Shown one piece after another: positions 1 through 10,171 of a stretch of 64,000 nt of DNA (its first letter is position 1; each line of letters starts with the position of its first letter). The translations under genes and the position numbers were made by a program. The DNA is from an uncultured Phycisphaerales bacterium. Its GTDB lineage: Bacteria; Planctomycetota; Phycisphaerae; Tepidisphaerales; Tepidisphaeraceae. The notes beneath the pieces were generated by a model. The model was not told the origin of the DNA and made no database searches. It saw only the letters and a list, made by a program, of their open reading frames with translations. The stretch covers positions 480,001-544,000 of the forward strand of contig CAVWVQ010000003.1 in assembly GCA_963758525.1 (NCBI GenBank), given 5' to 3'.

Positions 1-62
1 ATCTCCGCCAGGTCGGTGGGGGCAAGCTTGGGCAGCTCTGCAAGTATTTCGGTCTTGCTCAT
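1..62 (-). CDS. Partial small protein, likely addiction-module antitoxin (runs off window)
   Basis: Reverse strand reads MSKTEILAELPKLAPTDLAE..., resembling small addiction-module components; TATACT lies 7 nt upstream of the ATG. Confidence 0.5.
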   Translation of the reverse strand, partial: MSKTEILAELPKLAPTDLAE

Positions 63-124
63 GGTGTTAAGTATATCCGGGTTGTGCCGGCCGCGAAAAT
101 ACGCGCCGCCCGGCTCCCCTTAGC

Positions 125-1009
125 TCACCCTTTCACGCCCGTCGTTGCGATGCCGGCGATGAACGTTCTTTGCGAGAGGAAGAACAGCACGACGATCGGC
201 AGGCAGACCAGAACCGAGGCGGCCATGAGGAGGTTCCATTCGGTGCCGCCGTGCTGGCTTTGGAAGGAGAGGAGGCCAAGGGCAAGGGTGTATTGCTCCG
301 GGCGCTGAACGTAGACGAGGGGGCCGAGGAAATCGTTCCAGGCGGCCATGAAGCTGAAGAGGGCGACAACTGCGAGCGCTGGGCGGGCGAGGGGAAGGAG
401 GATGCGCAGGAAAATTCCGAATTCGCCGCAGCCGTCGAGGCGGGCGGCTTCGGAGAGTTCCTTCGGCACGGTCATGAAGAACTGCCGGAGCAGGAATATG
501 CCAAAGGCCGATCCGAACCAGGCGGGGAGCCAGAGCGGCTTGAAGGTGCCGAGGATGCGGAGCGGGTTTTCGGGGCCGAACCAGCGGATCGTGTGAACGT
601 CCATCCAGCGGTACATGCAGAACAGCGGTGCCATCGTCACCGGAAACGGGACCATCATCGTGGCCAGCATGATCCCGAAGAGCAGATTGCGTCCGCGAAA
701 GGTGATGCGGGAGAAGCCGTAGGCTGCGACGGCGCTGGACGAGGTTGCGCCGACGACGCTCAGCATCGCGATCAGCAATGTGTTGCGCGTATAGAGCACG
801 AAATCGAGATTGGGGTGGTGGAAGACCTGGGGATAGTTGGAAACCAGGACGGGACTGGGCACAAACCCGGGCTCGCGCACCTGGGCGAGGGACTTGAGGC
901 TTGTGGAAACCATCCAGAGGAATGGGAGGATGAATCCGGCGCAGACGGAAAGCAAAGCTAGATAGATGAGCGCTTTGTCTCGCCAGGATGTGCCGTGCAC
1001 GCGTGCCAT
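125..1009 (-). CDS. Carbohydrate ABC transporter permease (MalG-like)
   Basis: EAA loop ELSEAARLDGCGEFGIF; AWNDFLGPL; multiple TM helices. Confidence 0.93.
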   Translation of the reverse strand: MARVHGTSWRDKALIYLALLSVCAGFILPFLWMVSTSLKSLAQVREPGFVPSPVLVSNYPQVFHHPNLDFVLYTRNTLLIAMLSVVGATSSSAVAAYGFSRITFRGRNLLFGIMLATMMVPFPVTMAPLFCMYRWMDVHTIRWFGPENPLRILGTFKPLWLPAWFGSAFGIFLLRQFFMTVPKELSEAARLDGCGEFGIFLRILLPLARPALAVVALFSFMAAWNDFLGPLVYVQRPEQYTLALGLLSFQSQHGGTEWNLLMAASVLVCLPIVVLFFLSQRTFIAGIATTGVKG

Positions 1010-1060
1010 AGGTTATGTTGGTGCGATAGGAGATCGCGCGCCCGAACGCGTGCCGGAAGA

Positions 1061-1216
1061 GTTGCAAATTGCGGATTGCAAATATTGCAAATTGCAAATT
1101 GCAAATTGAAGGAGTGAGTTCGTCTGCCACGTGCACGCGCCATCCCATGACGTGAGCTGCGCTACGCGTTGGCGGCTCCGTCCCCATTTTGCAATTTGCA
1201 ATTTGCAATTTGCAAT
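1061..1216. repeat. Inverted pair of TTGCAAA/TTTGCAA heptamer arrays between the two permease genes
   Basis: (ttgcaaa)n at ~1062-1110 and (tttgcaa)n at ~1188-1215. Confidence 0.85.
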
Positions 1217-1283
1217 CCCCAACTCCCCGGCGTTGCTTTCCCTTGGTGCCTTCGTGCCTCCGCGCCTTCGTGCCTCTCCTGTT

Positions 1284-2156
1284 TCACCCATAGTGCACCC
1301 ACTTCCGGCTCGACCAGAACGCGATTGCGGTGAGCGACAGAATGATCGCGAGTTGAATCCATGCCATGGCGCTGGCGTAGCCCATGTGGACGTATCGGAA
1401 GGCGTTGTCGTACAGATACATCGTATAGAAATAAGTGGCGTTGTTCGGGCCGCCCTGAGTCATGATGTAGGGGATGGTGAGCATCTGCACCATGCCGATC
1501 AGGGCCATGATGAGATTGAAAAAGATCACAGGTGACAGCAGCGGCAGCGTCACGCTCCACAATCTTCGCCAGCGGCCGGCGCCATCGATGTCGGCGGCTT
1601 CCATCAACTCCGTTGGCACATCCTGCAAGCCGGCCAGGTAGATGACCACGGTATTCCCAACGCCCCACAGACTCATCAGCGCCAGCGAGGGCAGCGCCCA
1701 GCGCGCGCCGAGCCATTGCGGGCCGTCGATGCCGATCGTGCCGAGCAGGTGATTGAGCAGCCCGAGTTTTGAATTGAAGATCCACAGCCAGAGCATTGCC
1801 GACGCGACGGCGGGGATCAGCGAGGGGAGAAAGATGATGGTGCGAAAGATTCCCTGACCCCTGATTTTCGCGTTGAGCAGCAGCGCCAGGCCGAGCGAAA
1901 CGACCATGCCGCCGGGAAGGGCCATGGCGGCGTAGCACGCGGTGTTGCGAAGGCTCCGCCAGAAGAGGGGATCGTGGAGGAGCCAATGATAGTTTTGGCC
2001 CCCGATGTACATCGGGGGCTGCGCGAGCGGGTAGTCGCAAAGGCTGTAATAAAAGGATAAGCCGATCGGCACCGCGAGGAAGAGGCCAAATCCGATGAGC
2101 CAGGGACTGACAAAGGCAAGTCCCTTGGCGAGATTGCGGAATTCGTTGCGGGTCAT
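1284..2156 (-). CDS. Carbohydrate ABC transporter permease (MalF-like)
   Basis: YLAGLQDVPTELMEAADIDGAG EAA motif; MGYASAMAW. Confidence 0.93.
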   Translation of the reverse strand: MTRNEFRNLAKGLAFVSPWLIGFGLFLAVPIGLSFYYSLCDYPLAQPPMYIGGQNYHWLLHDPLFWRSLRNTACYAAMALPGGMVVSLGLALLLNAKIRGQGIFRTIIFLPSLIPAVASAMLWLWIFNSKLGLLNHLLGTIGIDGPQWLGARWALPSLALMSLWGVGNTVVIYLAGLQDVPTELMEAADIDGAGRWRRLWSVTLPLLSPVIFFNLIMALIGMVQMLTIPYIMTQGGPNNATYFYTMYLYDNAFRYVHMGYASAMAWIQLAIILSLTAIAFWSSRKWVHYG

Positions 2157-3781
2157 GACTTGCGCCCAACATCGACATTCTGCGTGGCGATGTTTTGTCT
2201 TCCCCCCTCTCCCGGTAATGGAGAGGGTTGGGGTGAGGGTGATTTGAGCAGTCGAATGCCGCTGGTGTTCGAAGTCACCCTCACCCCGTCCCTCTCCCGG
2301 AGTACCGGGAGAGGGGGAAGACGCACTGGGCAGTTCTCGCTCAGTTGCATCTGCTCATTGCGAAGCGCGTCGATGCGCTGCTGGCGATCCCATTTTTCCT
2401 GGAGTCGTTCCTGCGCAGCCTGCAGCGCCGCTTGCGGATCACTGTCGAGCCGGCTCACGCTCTGGGCGGCGTCGTCGAGTTCCTTCTTCAATTGCTCCCA
2501 CATCGGCGTCTGCGGTGCAAACCTCGCATTCGGGCTGGCGGAAAGCTCCTCGAACACACTGATGTACGGATTGGGATGACGGTCGAGAAATGCCTGGCTG
2601 ACGAGCCGGAGCGGCGAACTTTTGCAATGGAGCGTGCAGAGTTTTTCCATGACATCCTGCCGGGCGAGATAGGCCATGAATTCAAAAGCCGCATCAGGGT
2701 GACGGGCGGCGCGAGGGATCACCAGCGTATCGACGGAGCAATAGCTGACGTTCGCCACTCCCGCGACGGCCGAGGGGAATGGGGCAACCGCCCATTCAGA
2801 GTTGTCGCGCCGGTCGGGAAGTTCATTCTCCCGCTCGCGCGGCACTTTCGCCTCACAGATCGACGGCCCCCACGGCGTCGTGTGAGTCAATCTGTAGAAG
2901 TAATTCGCCATCCACGGCCCCTGCTGCTCCATCGCCACTTCACCGACAAGAAATGGATTCTGCGGCGAATCGAATCCGCCGGCGGCATCGTGGAACTCGA
3001 CGGTGGCGCCGGACCCAAGCCGTTGGGAATAGTCGGCGATCCATCGGAAGGCCGCAATGTTGGGCGCGGAACCGAGCGTGAAGCGATTGGATGAGGAATC
3101 AAACCAACTGCCACCGAACCAGACGGGCGCGAAGTCGATGTACCAGCCGGGCTCCATCGGCAGATATCCTGCCCGCTTGATGCGCCCATGCTGGTCGATC
3201 ACGTCCAGCGCCTTTGCGTATTGATCCAACTCGGCCAGCGTGCGCGGCGCGCGATTCGGATCGAGTCCCGCGGCGACAAGCTTTGCCGCGCTCTGGCGGA
3301 AAATCCGTTTGTTCCAGTAGAGGGCCACGCAGGCCGGCGTATTCGGAAGCGCCCAGAGCTTTCCCTCATACCGGCATGCGTTCCAATAGACCGTTTTGTA
3401 AGTCTGCGAGTCGATCCCGTACTTTCGTGCCAGCTCATCCAAAGGTTGCAACGCGCCGAGGCTCGCGAACTCGGCCGTCTGCGGGTCCCACAGCCCCGCG
3501 ATGTCCGGCGGCACGCCAGCCGCGGAGGCGATCAGCAGCTTCTGATCGAGCTTGCTCATCGACAGGTAGCGGACGTAGATGTGCTTTTGCGACCCGACGC
3601 TTCGATTGAAGTCGTCGACGATCAGCCGCATCTGATCCGCTTCGGCGCCGACCCATTTTTCCCAGTATTCGACGACGATCACATTGGGTGGAATTGCCGG
3701 CCGGTGATGTGCGCCGAAGACCAGGAACCACGCGGCGAGACCGAGAAGCAAAGTGAAGATCAGGCGTTTGACGAGAATCAT
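2153..3781 (-). CDS. Sugar ABC transporter substrate-binding protein
   Basis: N-terminal TM anchor, AAGVPPDI, LYWNK, GEVAMEQQGPW; ATGA overlap with permease; C-terminus runs through a palindromic repeat. Confidence 0.9.
   Translation of the reverse strand: MILVKRLIFTLLLGLAAWFLVFGAHHRPAIPPNVIVVEYWEKWVGAEADQMRLIVDDFNRSVGSQKHIYVRYLSMSKLDQKLLIASAAGVPPDIAGLWDPQTAEFASLGALQPLDELARKYGIDSQTYKTVYWNACRYEGKLWALPNTPACVALYWNKRIFRQSAAKLVAAGLDPNRAPRTLAELDQYAKALDVIDQHGRIKRAGYLPMEPGWYIDFAPVWFGGSWFDSSSNRFTLGSAPNIAAFRWIADYSQRLGSGATVEFHDAAGGFDSPQNPFLVGEVAMEQQGPWMANYFYRLTHTTPWGPSICEAKVPRERENELPDRRDNSEWAVAPFPSAVAGVANVSYCSVDTLVIPRAARHPDAAFEFMAYLARQDVMEKLCTLHCKSSPLRLVSQAFLDRHPNPYISVFEELSASPNARFAPQTPMWEQLKKELDDAAQSVSRLDSDPQAALQAAQERLQEKWDRQQRIDALRNEQMQLSENCPVRLPPLPVLRERDGVRVTSNTSGIRLLKSPSPQPSPLPGEGGRQNIATQNVDVGRKS
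2198..2321. repeat. REPIN-like palindrome family A (ccctctcccggta...ccctcacc...taccgggagaggg)
   Basis: Related copies at 7942-8064, 33636-33854, 37513-37636, 43518-43616 and a half copy from 38811. Confidence 0.85.
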
Positions 3782-3896
3782 CCGTGAGCCGTCCGCAGGG
3801 CAGCTTGCCACGAGCTGTGCAAGTCAAACTGCTCGGAGAGGCTGAACTCCTGACACTGCGAGCCGCGGCATTCAGCACCGTTTCAGCAGTTGCGAT

Positions 3897-4926
3897 TCAT
3901 ATTTGGACGCTCGGCAGATTCGGAAAGAGCTCGCCCGCTGGTTCGGCAATTCGTTCTAAGACGCGCTGCGCCAGTGCAGTAAACTGCCGCTTGCAATCCA
4001 ATACGGCGCCGGCGTGGCCGCCGATAGCACCGTCGGCAGCGGTGAGGTGAAACATCGGCTTGCGCATCTTGGGCCATTGGCATCAGGCTCTTAAAATGCT
4101 TGAGCATCGCAAGCTGGTTTTGATCATCATCAGCTGATGCCGGCTGCCCATGATTTTCGAGGACCTCCTCCGCGTACGTGCTGGGGATACGATTCGCCCA
4201 CTTCAAATAAGATTTCACCGGACGATTCTCGCGAACTGATGGATTCAGAAGGACATACCCCAGTGGCATCATCCTCCCCAACGGGGTCGGCAGGCCACGC
4301 GGTATTTTGCCAGCCAGCCGTGTCTTCCACCCCAGTCTCCAATCCCGAAGAGTGGGCCCGAGGTTTCGCAGGCCCTGTAGGGAAAACAAGTCCGCGCCCA
4401 ATGGAATTACAACAAAATCCGCAGCGACCAACGCGGCGCGGTTCATGGCGCCGATATTCGGCCCTACGTCGATCAATACCAGATCGCTTTCGTTCTTTTC
4501 CGCAGCGGCTTTCATCACTCGATGAAAGGCTGTGACAACGCGGAAGCCATCACCAGCGATCGGAGCCTTGTCATCAAGGCACTTTCCCCATGCCTCGGAC
4601 AACCGATCTTCGAACGTGCTCAAACCCAAATCCCCTGCAATGAGATGAAGGCGTCGGTCTATGGTGATGGGTTTGGGTTCGCGGATGTCACCGAGACTTT
4701 CGATGAGCGGACTGATCGAACCCAATATCGTGTCGGAATGATCGCCTTCCGGCCATAATTTCTCTATCTCATTCTCATTCAGGAATATGCTGGTTAGATT
4801 GGATTGAGGATCCAGATCAACAGCGAGCACGCGCTTTCCCATGTCGCGAAACATCCACGCAAGATGATATGCCATAGACGTCTTTCCGACCCCGCCTTTG
4901 TTATTGAAAAAGACGATCGTTTTCAT
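3897..4926 (-). CDS. ParA/Soj-family ATPase (apparent frameshift near 4063)
   Basis: Deviant Walker A NNKGGVGKT, DLDPQSNLT; restoring 2 nt at GCGC 4062-4065 gives ...AQDARKPMFHLTAADGAIGGH... ending at 3897. Confidence 0.88.
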
Positions 4927-6101
4927 TGACGTTTCCTCACGATCATGGCCAGATGATTTTCTCCGACGATGTAGTCGAGGTTCGGGCTCCCATTCTTCTT
5001 TAAGACGTCCTTCGCAAGAACAATTCCGCGCCCAAACCTATTGGCAAATCCTAATGTCTTCGCTGCCTCAGCCAGCACAGGATTTCGGTACGAAGTCCCG
5101 TTTGGAAACTGATCCGCTGTCAGATCACCATAAAGTGAGCCGGGATTCTGGATTTCGATCCTGTCTGAGAAATGATTGATCGATATGGGCGTAGTCGAGG
5201 TGTCGTAATTCCGATGAATCACCGCGTTGACAAATAGTTCATGGAGCGCCAAGTGAGGATAATCCGCAACTACCGCGTCGGTCAGGTCGTCGCGACGCAC
5301 TGGTCTATATTTTGCGAGTTCTTTCGCGAGAAAATCCAAGTCCCTCATTACAGTGATCAGATCACCCGTAATCCTCCGCTCTGTGATCGGGGAATCGGCT
5401 TGCGTCAGACCATCATATTCGACGTATTGTATGTAAGCACCCGGAAAAAAGGACATCGGGTCCTTTCCGAAGAGGAGAACGGCACCGTTAGTCGGTGCGG
5501 AAGTGTTTCGATTGTAGAGACGCAAAGAGCCGAGCTGCTCCTCCGTCGTCCGCCCATTTTCTTGCATGACCGTCTCGGAAACGGCGGACGGAAGATAGAC
5601 TAGCTTAAAAAGCACCAAGGCGAGATCGTCAAGAGATGCCCCCACACATCCACGCGTGTCCCAGGTTCTCGCCTTGTCAACTCGGCGCTCTTCCAAACGC
5701 CGCTCTTGCTCGAGGGTAGCGACGCTGGCCGTCGGACCAGTGCGAATCCACACTGTCTGTTTGTAGCGGACCGGTGGCATACTGCTAGGGCGGACCTCGA
5801 CAACCGCGATGTCCTTGCCAGAATGCGTCGCCTTGAAGACATGCATGTCAGGCACTGGCAAAATCTGGCCGTTGTTTCGATGGCTAGCCAATGCTTCGAG
5901 TAGTCGCTCGTCTATTCGAGCACCGGATGGACTCCCCTTCTTGTCCACCCCCACGAAGAGATACCCGGAGAGTCCCGAACTCGGCATATCGTTGGCAAAC
6001 GCGCAGATCGCCTTGCAGAACTTATCGCTGTCATCGAGCGATATGGTTCGTTCGACCCGGAAGGACTCGATGTCGGCAAGCAGGTTTGCAAGGTCGGTCA
6101 T
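4923..6101 (-). CDS. Schlafen/AlbA_2 domain protein with RecG-C-like ATP-binding domain
   Basis: ICAFAN...GYLFVGV (AlbA_2); ELFVNAVIHRNY, DRIEIQNPGSL, YRNPVLAE, NRFGRGI. Confidence 0.85.
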   Translation of the reverse strand: MTDLANLLADIESFRVERTISLDDSDKFCKAICAFANDMPSSGLSGYLFVGVDKKGSPSGARIDERLLEALASHRNNGQILPVPDMHVFKATHSGKDIAVVEVRPSSMPPVRYKQTVWIRTGPTASVATLEQERRLEERRVDKARTWDTRGCVGASLDDLALVLFKLVYLPSAVSETVMQENGRTTEEQLGSLRLYNRNTSAPTNGAVLLFGKDPMSFFPGAYIQYVEYDGLTQADSPITERRITGDLITVMRDLDFLAKELAKYRPVRRDDLTDAVVADYPHLALHELFVNAVIHRNYDTSTTPISINHFSDRIEIQNPGSLYGDLTADQFPNGTSYRNPVLAEAAKTLGFANRFGRGIVLAKDVLKKNGSPNLDYIVGENHLAMIVRKRQ

Positions 6102-6341
6102 TTCAATACTCCGAGCAACGCAGTCTCCGTGTCACAAGCGGCGGAGCGCGGCGTGCATTGAGTGTGCTAGCCTGGCAAAACGAAATGAAAACGGATCAAG
6201 CATACAGTTTTGATCTTATGCGATTCGGGTGAATGGGCAAGGTCGCCTCGGCGGTGCGGCGGTGCTTTCCACCAAAAAATACTGAACGAAAGCTATTCAC
6301 CTGATCCACCGATCTGCGCTCGGCTGTAAAATAAAGTCGTA

Positions 6342-6779
6342 ATGCCCTACCGCTTCCTAGCCGACGCCCTTGTGGTCTTTCATCTCTCGTTCGTCGGTTT
6401 TGTCATCTTCGGAGGACTGCTGGTCGTGCGCTGGCCGCGGATGGCGTTCGCGCATTTGCCGGCGGCGGCGTGGGGCGTGTTCATCGAGTGGTCAGGGCTG
6501 ATCTGTCCGCTGACCTATCTGGAGAATAATTGGCGCAGGCTGGGCCACGTCGAGAGCTACCAGGGCGGGTTCATCGATCATTACATCATGCCGGTGCTCT
6601 ATCCCGACGGGCTGACGCGCAACATTCAGTTCATTCTCGGCGGGGGAATTCTGGTTCTGAATATCACCCTCTACGTGATCACCGTGCGGCGCCTGCGCCG
6701 GATACGCGGGGATTCGAGGGGCTTTGCGATCGGGCCTCAGATAGCGCCAGATCGGCCAGTGCATCAGCCGCGAAGTTGA
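6342..6779 (+). CDS. DUF2784 family membrane protein
   Basis: LADALVVFHLSF, HLPAAAWG, ICPLTYLEN, GFIDHYI. Confidence 0.88.
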   Translation: MPYRFLADALVVFHLSFVGFVIFGGLLVVRWPRMAFAHLPAAAWGVFIEWSGLICPLTYLENNWRRLGHVESYQGGFIDHYIMPVLYPDGLTRNIQFILGGGILVLNITLYVITVRRLRRIRGDSRGFAIGPQIAPDRPVHQPRS

Positions 6780-7905
6780 CGTCCTGGGGGGAGAGGAATG
6801 GCCCGAAGCTCAAGCGAGTGGTGCCGCCGAGATCGGCGGTTCCGATGGCCTTGTGCGCGAGCGGAGCGCAATGCAGACCCGAGCGGGTGAGGATTCCGAA
6901 GCTGGCTTCGAGCGCGGCGGAGAGTTCCTGCGGATCGAAGCCGTCGATCCGCACGGAGAAGACGCCGGCGCGGTCTTTCACCCCGCGGGGGCCGAAGAAA
7001 TGCAGGCCTTCGACGTCGGCCATTCCGTCGAGGAATGTGCGCACGAGATCCATTTCATGGGCGGCGAGCTTTGCGATGGTCTGATCGAGCACCCACTGCA
7101 CGCCTTGCGACAGGCCAATGATTCCGATGGCGTTGTGACTGCCCGGCTCGTATTTGTCGGGCATGAATTCGGGCTGGCGATCATCCTCGCTGACCGATCC
7201 CGTCCCTCCCTCGCGGATGGTGCGAAGCATTTTTTCGATGCCGGGACGGATATAGAGAAATCCGGTGCCAAGAGGGCCGAGCAGACCTTTGTGACCGGGA
7301 GCGGCCAGCAGATCGATCATGTCCGCCTGCACGTCGATCGGCAGATGCCCGGCCGACTGAGCGGCATCGACGATGAACGGCACGCCTGACTCGCGGGCGA
7401 TTTTGCCGATCTCCCGGATCGGCTGCACCGTTCCCGTCACGTTGCTCACATGCGTGATCGCGATGAACCGCGTGTCGGAACGGATCGCGCGGCGAATGTC
7501 TTGCGGATCGACGAGGCCGCTGGCGGGATCGACCTCGATGCGCGTCTGCGTGATCGCGCCGCGCTCCTCGAGGGCGCGAAGCGGACGGAGAATCGAGTTG
7601 TGATCGATGTGCGTGCAGATCGCGTGGCCGCCGCCCGCATCGGCCAGACCCTTGATCGCGAGGTTCAGTGCATCGGAGCAGTTGAGCGTGAAGATGAAAT
7701 GCTCAGGGCGCTCGCCATTGAACAGACGGTTAAGCCGTCGACGGCATTCAGAGATTTCCGCGCCGGTTTCGGTCGCCTCCTGATACGCCCCGCGTCCGGC
7801 GCTGGCGCCCAGTTCGGTCGCGTAGCGCTGCATTGCCTCCAGCACCTCCCGCGGCTTGGGGAAGCTGGTGGCGGCATTGTCCATGTACAAACGGCGGGGA
7901 GACAT
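6679..7905 (-). CDS. Cysteine desulfurase-family class V aminotransferase
   Basis: YMDNAATSFPKP, VDAAQSAG, APGHKGLLGP (PLP lysine), RSGLHCAP. Confidence 0.92.
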   Translation of the reverse strand: MSPRRLYMDNAATSFPKPREVLEAMQRYATELGASAGRGAYQEATETGAEISECRRRLNRLFNGERPEHFIFTLNCSDALNLAIKGLADAGGGHAICTHIDHNSILRPLRALEERGAITQTRIEVDPASGLVDPQDIRRAIRSDTRFIAITHVSNVTGTVQPIREIGKIARESGVPFIVDAAQSAGHLPIDVQADMIDLLAAPGHKGLLGPLGTGFLYIRPGIEKMLRTIREGGTGSVSEDDRQPEFMPDKYEPGSHNAIGIIGLSQGVQWVLDQTIAKLAAHEMDLVRTFLDGMADVEGLHFFGPRGVKDRAGVFSVRIDGFDPQELSAALEASFGILTRSGLHCAPLAHKAIGTADLGGTTRLSFGPFLSPQDVNFAADALADLALSEARSQSPSNPRVSGAGAAR

Positions 7906-8077
7906 AGAAATTCCTGTAGCGGCCTCAGATCTTCGGACACCCTACCCCCTCGCCCGGTACGCCGGGGGAGGGCGGTGGTGAGGGTGATTGGGAACGACGA
8001 TAGCGTCTGGTGCTCGAAATCACCCTCACCCCAACCCTCTCCCGGATTACCGGGAGAGGGAGTAAGAGCGCCGCGCG

Positions 8078-8776
8078 TTACCAAAAATACCAGTCGCCGG
8101 ACTTTAATACATAGAGGCCCAGCAGGAAATTCGTGACTCCGTGCATGATGATGCAGGCTCCGAGGCTTCGCGTCACGACGAGCAATCCCGCTATCAAAAG
8201 GCCCCACACCAGCGCGGTCATCCACTGCACGTGCACGGAGCAGAAGATCAACGATACGAGCAGAATTGCCTTCCAGTCTACTTCTCCGACTTGCGCCAAC
8301 TGGAAATCCGCCGGAGCGACGATGCTCCGCCAGGCAAAATCCCGCCAGAAGAGCTCTTCCATGACGGGAACCACGAGCGACGCGGTGCCCAGCCGGATTG
8401 CGATAAACGCCCATCGCCAGGCTGGCGAGGCGATTGCCTGAAACGGATTGTAAGGATCGACCTGCGGATGAGGGTAATGGGGTGCGACGTGAAGCAGCAA
8501 CTTCTCCATTCCCACCCACTGCACGACGCCGACGACGCCCATGATTGCGCCGAGCCACCAGTAGTTCCAGCGGATTTTCGTGTAGCTCCGGCGAAATGCG
8601 ATCAGCAGCACGGCGGTGAGAATCGCCTTGATAACGTAGCTGGCGGGGAAGACCGCGGGCCACCAGACGCCTGCCTGCGTGAGAATCAGGAAGACAGCGA
8701 TCGGCAGCACGTAAGCGACTTCTTCACGAGCAACGCGCGCTTCGCGTGGCTGAGTGGGGATCAAGGACGCACTCAA
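8078..8776 (-). CDS. CPBP/CAAX prenyl protease-related intramembrane metalloprotease
   Basis: VPVMEELFWR, FCSVH, HGVTNFLLG; TTG start overlapping upstream stop is inferred. Confidence 0.85.
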   Translation of the reverse strand: MSASLIPTQPREARVAREEVAYVLPIAVFLILTQAGVWWPAVFPASYVIKAILTAVLLIAFRRSYTKIRWNYWWLGAIMGVVGVVQWVGMEKLLLHVAPHYPHPQVDPYNPFQAIASPAWRWAFIAIRLGTASLVVPVMEELFWRDFAWRSIVAPADFQLAQVGEVDWKAILLVSLIFCSVHVQWMTALVWGLLIAGLLVVTRSLGACIIMHGVTNFLLGLYVLKSGDWYFW

Positions 8777-9963
8777 GGGGTCGCCGAATCTTTCCCGCGC
8801 GGGCGAAACAGCGCGAAGCTGGCGGTGTGACCGTGAATGAAGTTTCGCCCTCCGACCGGCCCCAGCTCCCCTGCCGCAAAAAATCCCGCGACGGGCATGC
8901 CGGGCATCGCCTTGTGAGCTGCATCGATATCGTGAGACGGGAGCGTGAACATCCGCGTCCCGCGGCCGTTGCAACTGAACAGCAACGCACCGGCCGGTGG
9001 TTCACCCGCGTTCTGCGCATCGAGCAACAGTGACAAATCCTCGTCGGCAGTCGCCGCGTCGCGCACTTGAAATTGGATGGTCTGTCCGGTTTTCACGTAT
9101 TCCGCGACGGCGATCGCGCTCTTCTCTTCATCCGCCCCCATCACGTTGCGCACCAGAAAATCCCCGCGGCCGAATCGCTCCTTGAATTCGCTGATCGCCC
9201 GCCCGATGAACAGGCCGTTGGCGAGCTGCTCGCGCTCGGATTCTTCCATCTCGTTGATCATCTCCTGGAGAACCTTCAGCGCAGGTTTGCCGCCGAGCTG
9301 CTCGATCATGTTGTCGTGCGACTTAGTGATGATCATCGGCTTGCCCACCGGCCGGCAACCCTGGCTGACCACCGTTTGCACGTCGACCAGCCCGCTGAGG
9401 CAAAGCCCGACAAAACCCTGCTGATACGCCTGATCGTTGCGGAGCAGAACATTCTCGCCCGGTTGACGCCCGCTGCTGGCCATGCCGCCGATCAACGGCG
9501 CCAGCGGCGCCGCCGCGTCGAGCGCCGGAAGGAATTGCGTCATCGGCGCGGTGAAGGGATCGCCGAATCCGATGATCGCCCGGCTGTCGGGGCCGTATCC
9601 GATCCGGGCCCGCAGGGCGTCGGGATCGGTCAGCACTTCGCGCCAGGCGCGTTCGCCGGTGATGTGAAACGGATGGACGCGCACGCCCGGCAGTCTTGCG
9701 ACCAGCAGCGACAATCCCGCGGAGCGTTCGACTTCGCGATCCGATCCGATCACTCCCTCGGCGGAGCACCCGATCAGCGTCTGCGCGTCCAGCTCGAGCC
9801 AGAGGCTTTCGACGATGGCCGAGGCATCCTCGGAGAAGTCCCCGGTGAAAAACGCGAAGACGACGTCGATCTTCCCTTCCATTGCGGTGCGCGCCGCCTC
9901 CACCACTTCGGCGACGGCTTGGGAAGATGTTTCGCGCTCGCTGACAACAGAAAAGAATTTCAC
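8773..9963 (-). CDS. FIST N/C domain protein
   Basis: LIGCSAEGVIG, IGGMAS, VSQGCRPVG, LFSCNGRG, GFFAAGELGP. Confidence 0.92.
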   Translation of the reverse strand: MKFFSVVSERETSSQAVAEVVEAARTAMEGKIDVVFAFFTGDFSEDASAIVESLWLELDAQTLIGCSAEGVIGSDREVERSAGLSLLVARLPGVRVHPFHITGERAWREVLTDPDALRARIGYGPDSRAIIGFGDPFTAPMTQFLPALDAAAPLAPLIGGMASSGRQPGENVLLRNDQAYQQGFVGLCLSGLVDVQTVVSQGCRPVGKPMIITKSHDNMIEQLGGKPALKVLQEMINEMEESEREQLANGLFIGRAISEFKERFGRGDFLVRNVMGADEEKSAIAVAEYVKTGQTIQFQVRDAATADEDLSLLLDAQNAGEPPAGALLFSCNGRGTRMFTLPSHDIDAAHKAMPGMPVAGFFAAGELGPVGGRNFIHGHTASFALFRPRGKDSATP

Positions 9964-10042
9964 GCCGGCTTACCTCTGCCGCTATCTTCCCGCGTCTGCC
10001 GCGGCCGGGCAAGTTCCCAACCCGATTCGCTGTACAAAACTT

Positions 10043-10164
10043 CTCCCCGTGGCATGGGCGTCCCGCCCATGCTGGCGACGCTGGAGATGAACGAACCCTG
10101 CTTTCGAGAGATTCTGTTGAGCTCTACGGATCCAGCATGGGCAGGATGCCCATGCCACGGGGAG
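10043..10164. repeat. REPIN-like palindrome family B (ccccgtggcatgggcg...cccatgccacgggg)
   Basis: Copies also at 26043-26179 and 48093-48211. Confidence 0.85.
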
Positions 10165-10171
10165 AGCGTTC

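Noticed and set aside
3897..4926. Chromosome or plasmid partition locus
   Set aside because: No parB, parS or replication initiator nearby
6679..6779. 101-bp convergent overlap of DUF2784 and the desulfurase as a regulatory feature
   Set aside because: Both tails look like non-conserved run-on to late stops, common at high GC
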